Origin: Vulcanimicrobiota bacterium
Lineage (GTDB): Bacteria > Vulcanimicrobiota > Vulcanimicrobiia > Vulcanimicrobiales > Vulcanimicrobiaceae
Assembly (NCBI GenBank): GCA_963723515.1
Contig: CAVRQT010000002.1
Location: forward strand, 672,001 to 736,000
Length of the DNA stretch: 64,000 nt
Direction of reading: 5' to 3'
A program made the translations under genes and the position numbers. The first letter of the stretch is position 1; each line of letters starts with the position of its first letter. Positions 9,468 to 16,557 of this stretch are shown piece by piece. The notes under the pieces are model-generated. The model ran no database searches and was not told the DNA's origin. It saw only the letters and a list, made by a program, of their open reading frames with translations.

Positions 9468-11480
9468 TTACCCGCCATGCAGTTCTTTCTGCGGATCGTC
9501 AGTATAGTCGAGATAGACAAGGCCGAGGAAGATCTCGAGTGCTTGCGTGTGCATGCCACGATTGTTTGCAACGTCCACGATCGATCGATGCGATGCAGAC
9601 GCCTCTTGAAGAATTTGCCCTGGAGTCGAGTTCGTGTCGGCGGCAACGATCGACGCAGCCGTCACCTCTCCGGGCGTGAGGCCACGATGCAGCATCGTGC
9701 TGTAGTCGATGCCGGATGAGCCCAGGCGCTGCTCGAGCGCTTTCTGGAGCGTCGCATAACGCTCCGGCGAGGTTCCTACGCCGAGCATCGTCACGCGCGT
9801 CTCCAGTTGGCGTGAACGCGCCATGTTGTACAGCTGCGACGATTGCGATGCGGCAACCGCGGCGGCGTTCAGCGAATCGTTCGCTTTCTTCATCACCGGA
9901 ACGATATTGTTATAATCCGTTTGATTGATGTCACCGAAGGCATCCAATTGAACGCGGTTCAGTTGTTTGAGGAATTCGTCGAGGTCACCCATCGCGACGT
10001 CGGTCAGCGCAAGTGCCGCTCGACTTGCATCAGCAGAACGGATCATGTCGCTGCTCGCAGCGTTCACTTCCGTGAGCATACGGGGGTACGACGGAAGCAG
10101 GGCTATTGATTCGGCGGTCATCGGCGACTGTGCGAGCGGCGCCTGCAGCTCGTGCAACATATCGGCGCTGTCCTTGAGGACCCCGCCTTCCTTATTGCGT
10201 TCGAGCGATCCGAGATTCGTCAGCACCGTATGCGTGTGATCGAGCGCGCTATCGATCGAGCGCGCCATCGATTCAAGATCTTTGACGATGGTTTCTAAGC
10301 GCGATCCGCGGCGAATGTCGACGCGGCTGAAGTCCGGAATCTCGTACGAGAGACTCTGCAACCGGGTTTGCATCGACTTTAATTGATCGCGACCGGCCTC
10401 GCTCCGCGCGGAGACTTCCGTCCCGGCACGGTTCAGATTCGAGCTTGCCTCCTCGAGTTGCGCGTGCAGGGATGCAAGACTCGGCTGCGTCAGGATCGTT
10501 CGCCGGCGCTCCATGTTGCGCAGCGCAGCCATGCGGTTGAGCGCGGCTTGGCGCGTTTGCGGGTTGCCCTTTTGCGCGGCTTCCGCAAGCGTTTGCTCGC
10601 TCTTGTTGACGAAGCCTAAGGCCAATTGCGATTGACCCAGGCCGAGCAGGGCCTGCGCGTTGTCCGGCTGCGTTTTGAGAACTTTCTCGAATTGAATGCG
10701 CGCGACGCTGTAGCGTGCGGTATCGAAATCGTGCACGGCAGCCGCCAAACTGTCATCCGTCGTGACCTTCGTCGGATCGAGCTGCGGATAGCCGAGGAGA
10801 TGTCCAACACGCTTATCCGGCTCGGGGTGATCTTCAAGATACTTGGTGAACAAATCCGGGCGCTCTTTGTCGAGCGTTCCCAAATGCTGCATGAACGTGA
10901 CCATTGCGTCCGGGTCATAGCCCGCACGCGACATGAGCATTAAACCGTATTGGTCGGCTTGTAATTCGTCGACGCGCGAGAGCTTCGCCATCAGTCCGGC
11001 TTCGGCGATCTGTCCGAAGCGGTAGACGAGCGGCGAGAAGAGCGAAGCGATTGCAAAGAGCAAGTTGATGCCCTGCGCCTTCGCTTGCAGCGTTACCGCG
11101 TGACGCCGCTCGATGTGTCCCGTTTCGTGACCGAGAACGCCGGCGAGCTCGTCATCCGATTGCACGAAATCGAGCAAACCTTCGTCGGCATAAATATATC
11201 CGCCGAGCGTCGAGAACGCGTTGATCGAGCTGTCGTCGAGAATTTTGACGTTGTAGGGAACATCTTTGCGCGCGACTTCCGTCCACAGTTTGTCGGTAAT
11301 GGAACGGACCCACTTATTGAGCAGCGGATCGTCTTCAACGACATTACCTTGCACGATGTCAGCATCGGCCTGTTTGCCGAGCTGAATCTCACCGGCGGTT
11401 GAAAGCGCGAGTGCGGGCGCCGGAATCGCGGTGCTGAAAAGCGCGACGATCAGCGCAATTGGAATGAGCCGACGAATCAT
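9468..11480 (-). CDS. Secreted M48 metallopeptidase with TPR and long helical C-terminus
   Basis: Signal peptide, INAFS, ELAGVLGHETGH (HExxH), SRVDELQAD, HP; TPR-like segment. Confidence 0.88.
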   Translation of the reverse strand: MIRRLIPIALIVALFSTAIPAPALALSTAGEIQLGKQADADIVQGNVVEDDPLLNKWVRSITDKLWTEVARKDVPYNVKILDDSSINAFSTLGGYIYADEGLLDFVQSDDELAGVLGHETGHIERRHAVTLQAKAQGINLLFAIASLFSPLVYRFGQIAEAGLMAKLSRVDELQADQYGLMLMSRAGYDPDAMVTFMQHLGTLDKERPDLFTKYLEDHPEPDKRVGHLLGYPQLDPTKVTTDDSLAAAVHDFDTARYSVARIQFEKVLKTQPDNAQALLGLGQSQLALGFVNKSEQTLAEAAQKGNPQTRQAALNRMAALRNMERRRTILTQPSLASLHAQLEEASSNLNRAGTEVSARSEAGRDQLKSMQTRLQSLSYEIPDFSRVDIRRGSRLETIVKDLESMARSIDSALDHTHTVLTNLGSLERNKEGGVLKDSADMLHELQAPLAQSPMTAESIALLPSYPRMLTEVNAASSDMIRSADASRAALALTDVAMGDLDEFLKQLNRVQLDAFGDINQTDYNNIVPVMKKANDSLNAAAVAASQSSQLYNMARSRQLETRVTMLGVGTSPERYATLQKALEQRLGSSGIDYSTMLHRGLTPGEVTAASIVAADTNSTPGQILQEASASHRSIVDVANNRGMHTQALEIFLGLVYLDYTDDPQKELHGG

Positions 11481-11575
11481 ATTCAAGTTGTCCTTACCCC
11501 TGGCCACGGCACCAAGTTACAGTACGTACTTACGACAACGGGCGACCCAAGCGTTGCGTTACGGGCGCCCTGCAT

Positions 11576-11626
11576 TGTGCAGTTTCTGTGGATAATGCCT
11601 AGAAACTGTGAACCACTTGTGAGTGG
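11576..11626 (+). promoter_or_regulatory. DnaA-box array upstream of minC
   Basis: Perfect TGTGGATAA at 11587-11595; co-oriented TGTG-led degenerate boxes at 11576, 11607, 11618. Confidence 0.5.
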
Positions 11627-11666
11627 CAAAGGGTGGCGCTAGGAGCCCTTTGAACCGGCCTTTCGC

Positions 11667-12530
11667 ATGGCGGTGCTGCGCGGAAAGGGCCGTGGGATCG
11701 AGCTCGATTTCAGCGGGCGCCCCTTTGATGAGGCGTTAGGCGAGCTGGAGGACCGGCTTGGGGCCAACCCCGGATTCTACTCGGGCACCGCAGCGACGGC
11801 AGTCTTCGCGCAACCTCGCCCCGACCGACTGCAAGTCGATACCCTTCGCGCGGCGCTTGCGGTCTTCGGTATCTCTCTGGAGGCGCTCAGCGGACCCGCC
11901 GAGGTTGAAGCGGTGGCCCTGGAAGCCGAACTCGATTTTCAGCCCCGCGAAGCGGTCGGCGAGTCAGATGTGCTTGCTCGCCGGCGTGCCAATCGGCCTC
12001 GACCGCCGGCAGCGGTGCTTTCCGAAGCGGCTCGATCGTTGGCCGCGGATTTCGCGGGCGCGCGGGCCGATCTCGCGGCCCGGCGCACGAGTGGCGTGCC
12101 GATCAGGCAATTCACGCCGCCGGTGGCGCGCCGTTCGATCGGGGGCGCGGCTCCCGTCGTGGCGCCCGCCTCGAGTGAGCCCACGACCCAGTATCACATC
12201 GGCACGGTGCGCGGCGGACAATCGCTGCATCAGGTCGGCCACCTCGTCGTGGTCGGAGACGTTAACCCCGGTGCGGAGCTGGTAGCAAGCGGAGACATTC
12301 TGGTTTTCGGGGCACTGCGGGGCGTTGCGCACGCAGGCGCGCAAGGCGATTTGGAGGCACGCGTTTATGCGTTGCGGCTGCAGCCGACGCAGTTGCGTAT
12401 TGCAACCCTAATTGCGGCAGATCAGCAAACGGCGAACGACGGCGTGGCAGAAGTCGCGCATGTGCGCGAGGGTCGAATCGCGATCGTTCCCTACGATCGG
12501 ATGACAGACTCCGAGGAGAAAGACCGATGA
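11667..12530 (+). CDS. minC: Septum site-determining protein MinC
   Basis: TVRGGQ, VVVGDVNPGAELVASGDILVFGALRGVAHAGAQG, LQPTQLRIA. Confidence 0.95.
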   Translation: MAVLRGKGRGIELDFSGRPFDEALGELEDRLGANPGFYSGTAATAVFAQPRPDRLQVDTLRAALAVFGISLEALSGPAEVEAVALEAELDFQPREAVGESDVLARRRANRPRPPAAVLSEAARSLAADFAGARADLAARRTSGVPIRQFTPPVARRSIGGAAPVVAPASSEPTTQYHIGTVRGGQSLHQVGHLVVVGDVNPGAELVASGDILVFGALRGVAHAGAQGDLEARVYALRLQPTQLRIATLIAADQQTANDGVAEVAHVREGRIAIVPYDRMTDSEEKDR

Positions 12531-13318
12531 ACGGACGGCGGATCGTTCTTACATCCGGCAAAGGCGGTGTCGGAAAGACGACGACGACGGTGAACGTCGG
12601 CGCAGCGCTCGCCAAGCGCGGCGCACGCGTTGTGCTCGTCGACGCGGACATCGGCCTTCGCAATCTCGATCTCGTTCTCGGACTCGAGAAGCGGATTGTC
12701 TTCGATTTGGTCGAGGTCGTTGAAGGACGTTGTCAGCTGCGACAAGCGTTGATCAAAGATAAACGGTTCGAGTCGCTCCACATGCTTCCGGCGGCGCAAA
12801 CGCGTGAAAAAGAGGCCGTCAGTGAAGATCAGATGGCGGAGGTCATCGAGCAGCTTGCGCTGATGGCGGACTACGTGCTCATCGACTCGCCGGCCGGCAT
12901 AGAGCATGGCTTTCGGAGCGCCGCTGCAGGCGCCAAAGAAGCAATCATCGTCACGACGCCAGAGGTCAGCGCAATTCGAGATGCGGATCGCGTCATCGGA
13001 AAGTTGATCGCCAAAGGCTTGCCGGTCCGCTTGCTGATCAACCGCATCCGTCCTGAAATGGTGCGCAGCGGCGACATGCTTTCGATAGACGACGTCTGCG
13101 AAATTCTCTCGGCCGAACTGCTCGGCATCGTTCCCGACGATGAAGACGTCATCGACACAACGAATCGCGGCGAGCCGCTAGTGCTCGACAATTCGAAACG
13201 GCTCGCCGGAATCTATGACAAGATCGCGAGGCGGCTGCAAGGCGAGATCGTTCCCTTTTCCAACCTTGAAGATCGCGGCTTCTTCAATCGTCTCCTCGCT
13301 GGATTGAAAGCAGGCTGA
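12527..13318 (+). CDS. minD: Septum site-determining ATPase MinD, copy 1
   Basis: TSGKGGVGKTT, DADIGLRNLD, DSPAGIE, TPEVSAIRDADR, amphipathic C-terminus FFNRLL. Confidence 0.95.
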   Translation: MNGRRIVLTSGKGGVGKTTTTVNVGAALAKRGARVVLVDADIGLRNLDLVLGLEKRIVFDLVEVVEGRCQLRQALIKDKRFESLHMLPAAQTREKEAVSEDQMAEVIEQLALMADYVLIDSPAGIEHGFRSAAAGAKEAIIVTTPEVSAIRDADRVIGKLIAKGLPVRLLINRIRPEMVRSGDMLSIDDVCEILSAELLGIVPDDEDVIDTTNRGEPLVLDNSKRLAGIYDKIARRLQGEIVPFSNLEDRGFFNRLLAGLKAG

Positions 13319-13319
13319 C

Positions 13320-14171
13320 ATGCAAGAGCTCAAACTGCAGCAAGAAGCGGTCGAAAGCGCCCCGGTTGAGCGGCGGCGCGGTGCGGCGATTGTCATTACG
13401 TCGGGCAAAGGCGGCGTCGGAAAGACGACGACGGTCGCGAACTTGGGAAGCGCGCTTGCACAGCGCGGCTACGACGTCGTGCTGGTCGACGCAGACGTCG
13501 GTTTGCGCAATCTCGACATCGTCTTAGGGCTCGAAAGCCGGGTTAAACATCACTTGCTCGATGTGCTGGAAGAGCAAGTCGAACTCGATGACGCGCTGGT
13601 GCCGGACAAGCATTCGCCTCGATTGCGTTTGCTCGCTGCGGCGCAGACGCGGGAGAAAGAAGACGTCGATACGCAGGCGATGTGCGGATTGATTGAGAGG
13701 TTGACGCACCGCTTTGACTACGTGCTGATCGACTGTCCAGCCGGCATCGAAAAAGGCTTCAAGAACGCAATTGCCGGCGCGGATGACGCGATCGTCGTCT
13801 GCACGCCGGAAGTTTCCGCGGTGCGCGACGTTGACCGGGTTGTTGGTTTGCTTGGCAATCGGTTCCGTCCGCGCCTCATTGTCAATCGCGTTCGGCCGCA
13901 GCTCGTTGCGAAAGGCAAAATGCTCTCGGTCGAGGACGTCAACGCGATCCTTCGTCTGCCTTTGCTCGGCGTGATTGCTGATGAGGCGGAGGTGATCGTT
14001 GCGACCAACCGCGGGGAACCGCTCGCGCTGAACGGATCGTCCAAAGCAGGTGCAGCGTATCGAGCGATTGCAGGCCGCATGCTCGGCGACGATGTTCCGA
14101 TTCCTGACGTCAGCGTTGCGCGAACGGGGTTGATCGCGAAATTGGGTTCATTCTTTGGAGGTCGCCGATGA
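13320..14171 (+). CDS. minD: Septum site-determining ATPase MinD, copy 2
   Basis: TSGKGGVGKTT, DADVGLRNLD, DCPAGIE, TPEVSAVRDVDR, amphipathic C-terminus LIAKLGSFFG. Confidence 0.93.
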   Translation: MQELKLQQEAVESAPVERRRGAAIVITSGKGGVGKTTTVANLGSALAQRGYDVVLVDADVGLRNLDIVLGLESRVKHHLLDVLEEQVELDDALVPDKHSPRLRLLAAAQTREKEDVDTQAMCGLIERLTHRFDYVLIDCPAGIEKGFKNAIAGADDAIVVCTPEVSAVRDVDRVVGLLGNRFRPRLIVNRVRPQLVAKGKMLSVEDVNAILRLPLLGVIADEAEVIVATNRGEPLALNGSSKAGAAYRAIAGRMLGDDVPIPDVSVARTGLIAKLGSFFGGRR

Positions 14172-14629
14172 TCGAATTTTTCAACCGGCTCTTTGGGCGT
14201 GGCGGGTCCAGCGCGACGGCGAAGGAGCGGCTGCGTCTCGTTCTGCTCTCCGACCATCTTGCGCTTGCGCCGAACCTCGTTGACGATCTCAAGCGCGAGC
14301 TCGTCGACGTGATTTCGCGCTACGTAGAGGTCGATAAAGAAAACATCGAGCTGAACTTCGAGCAGCGCGAGAAGGTGATCGCGATGCTTGCGAACGTGCC
14401 GATTCTTTCAATGCATCCCGCCACGCGCGCGAATGGCGCCACGCGTTCGTCGAACCGCACATCGGATGGAACCAAGCGTCCGCGCCGGCGTCGCAAGCGA
14501 ACGAGCTCATCCAGCGCGACGCTGCCCAACGCGACGACTCCGGCGGGCGAACGACGTCGAATGACGGCCGGAGAGCGCGCCGGCCGGTGGCGAAACGACG
14601 CCAGCTCCGGTCGGCGAAACGACACCTAG
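14168..14629 (+). CDS. minE: Topological specificity factor MinE with long basic C-terminal tail
   Basis: MIEFFNRLF..SSATAKERLRLVL...LKRELVDVISRYV; exact 3' end uncertain. Confidence 0.9.
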   Translation: MIEFFNRLFGRGGSSATAKERLRLVLLSDHLALAPNLVDDLKRELVDVISRYVEVDKENIELNFEQREKVIAMLANVPILSMHPATRANGATRSSNRTSDGTKRPRRRRKRTSSSSATLPNATTPAGERRRMTAGERAGRWRNDASSGRRNDT

Positions 14630-14679
14630 TCCCGCGCCGCAGGCGCACCTCGACCAGTTAAGCGACTCGCCGTGTGGCG

Positions 14680-14765
14680 ACGCTGACTGAGCTGTCGAAG
14701 CGCCGCGATCACGGTTGTCCTTCGACACTTCGACAAGCTCAGTGCAGGCTGGCTCAGGGTGAGCA
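14680..14765. repeat. REP-like palindromic element with nested unit
   Basis: CTGAGCTGTCGAAG arm and CCTTCGAC[ACTTCGACAAGCTCAGTGCAGGC]TGGCTCAGGGTGA arm. Confidence 0.75.
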
Positions 14766-14790
14766 GAGTTTGTCGCTAGAATAAATCGTC

Positions 14791-15918
14791 GTGGCGTCGA
14801 TCAGTCTCTCAACGCGGCTTTGGATTCGCAACTTCAACTGGCCGCTTGCAATTGCCAGCGTGCTTGTCACACTCTTGGGACTGATCACCATTCAGTCTGC
14901 GAATCTGCATGCCGGCGCCGCCTCTGCCGGCGAGTATCGCAAGCAGGCCTTCAGCATGGTGCTTGGCGTCGTGCTCATGCTCTTTCTGTCGAACGTCGAT
15001 TACCGCAATTGGCGGCGCTGGGCGCCGATCGCGTACGGCGTTACCGTGCTGGCGCTGCTCTTCATCTTGGTTGCCGGGCATCACGCGCAAGGCGCCGTCC
15101 GCTGGATTTCGCTCGGGCCGCTTGGCCAATTTCAGCCGTCGGAGCCGGCGAAGCTGTTCTTGGCAATCACAATTGCCGCCGCGCTTTGCCGGGGGACATA
15201 CAAGACTCTGATCGATCTTTGGTTGCCGCTCGTCTTAGCGCTCGTTCCGGCACTGCTGATCTTGCGTCAACCCGATTTGGGAACGACGCTCGTCATTCTC
15301 GCCATCCTGACGACACAACTGTACTTTGGCTTGCCAAAGCTCGCGCACTTCGGCGCCTACTTTGCGGCGCTCGTTCTCAGCGCCGTACTCTTGCTGAAAA
15401 CGAACATCATCAAACCGTTCCAGAAAGCGCGGCTGCTGGTGTTCTTGAATCCAAAACTCGATCCGCAGGGCGCCGGCTACAACCTGAACCAATCGAAGAT
15501 CGCGGTCGGCAACGGCGGCTGGTTCGGTCAAGGATTGCACCACGGAACGCAGACGCAGTTGAACTTCGTTCCCGAACACTCGCGCGATTTTATCTTTACG
15601 GTGCTTGGGGAAGAATTCGGCTTCGCCGGCGCATTTCTGCTGCTGATTCTCTACTCATGCATCATCGCCGGCGGCATCCGAACGATGCTGGTGGCGCGCG
15701 ATCGCTTCGGCTACCTTGTTGCGGCCGGGCTGGTCGCGATGCTCGTCTTCCATATCATGGTCAACATCGGCATGACGATCGGCATCATGCCGATCACCGG
15801 GATTCCGTTGCCGTTTATGTCGTATGGCGGCTCGGCGATTTTGACGGACTACGCCGCCATCGGCATTCTGCTGAACATCTACTCGCAGAAGGACCGCGGC
15901 GTGCTCGGCAACGCTTAG
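14791..15918 (+). CDS. rodA: Rod shape-determining protein RodA (SEDS family)
   Basis: GAVRWI, FQPSEPAK, QPDLGT, DPQGAGYN, GEEFGF, GIPLPFMSYGGS. Confidence 0.93.
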   Translation: MASISLSTRLWIRNFNWPLAIASVLVTLLGLITIQSANLHAGAASAGEYRKQAFSMVLGVVLMLFLSNVDYRNWRRWAPIAYGVTVLALLFILVAGHHAQGAVRWISLGPLGQFQPSEPAKLFLAITIAAALCRGTYKTLIDLWLPLVLALVPALLILRQPDLGTTLVILAILTTQLYFGLPKLAHFGAYFAALVLSAVLLLKTNIIKPFQKARLLVFLNPKLDPQGAGYNLNQSKIAVGNGGWFGQGLHHGTQTQLNFVPEHSRDFIFTVLGEEFGFAGAFLLLILYSCIIAGGIRTMLVARDRFGYLVAAGLVAMLVFHIMVNIGMTIGIMPITGIPLPFMSYGGSAILTDYAAIGILLNIYSQKDRGVLGNA

Positions 15919-15948
15919 TTTCCGCATCCGATTGGGAACAGGGATCTC

Positions 15949-16257
15949 ATGCAGAAACACAATGCCAATTCGCGGCGAGATTTCTTTGCCGTGCTCGAAA
16001 CCGCGAAGCAAACGCAGGCTGCGGTCATGACGCTGCAGCCGGGACAAGAAAGCGGCGAAAAAGGCAACGAACATGCGCAGAGCGATCAAGTGCTCTACGT
16101 CATCGCGGGTGAGATTGAGGCGGAGATCGGCGAGGAACGTGCGACCTTGCGCGCGGGTGATGTCGTGATCGTGCCGGCAGGCGCGCCGCATCGCTTTCGC
16201 AACGGCGGCAAAACGCCGGCGCAGACGCTCAACGTCTACGCACCGCCGGCATACTAA
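15949..16257 (+). CDS. Cupin-2 domain protein
   Basis: EHAQSDQVLYVIAG, GDVVIVPAGAPHRFRN. Confidence 0.88.
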   Translation: MQKHNANSRRDFFAVLETAKQTQAAVMTLQPGQESGEKGNEHAQSDQVLYVIAGEIEAEIGEERATLRAGDVVIVPAGAPHRFRNGGKTPAQTLNVYAPPAY

Positions 16258-16292
16258 TTGGAACGCCAGCGTTGAGCGTTCGTTCAACGCAA

Positions 16293-16557
16293 TACAATTA
16301 AAGGTCCGTTCTCAGGCGGCCGGGAAACGGGCACCAACCGGTATGCGGATCCAATTGTGTGGTCCGGCCGGTTGTAAGATTTCGAAAGTTTAGAGTCAGA
16401 GAGCCCGCAGGGCTCGCATGTCGGAAGCCTCGTCCATGCCGCCCCGCTTCCTAAAGAAAGCGAGAGCAGCGGCCGTCCATGGCGGACGATCGATAAAGGG
16501 ACGCGTTGCGACCACGCGAGTCGCGGCTCAGATAGACCTGAAAGGGTTAGGTAAAGT
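16293..16557 (+). promoter_or_regulatory. Putative -10 (TACAAT) and structured 5' leader of rne
   Basis: About 255 nt intergenic with several hairpins, e.g. CAACCGG/CCGGTTG and GAGCCC-GCA-GGGCTC; AAAGGG/AGGT before the TTG start. Confidence 0.5.

Noticed and set aside
11576..11626. Replication origin
   Set aside because: Only one perfect DnaA box, no AT-rich unwinding element and no dnaA or dnaN nearby
14820..16112. Long alternative-frame and antisense ORFs (e.g. 14820-16112, 38301-39224, 29690-30487)
   Set aside because: Shadow ORFs of high-GC coding regions with no recognisable motifs
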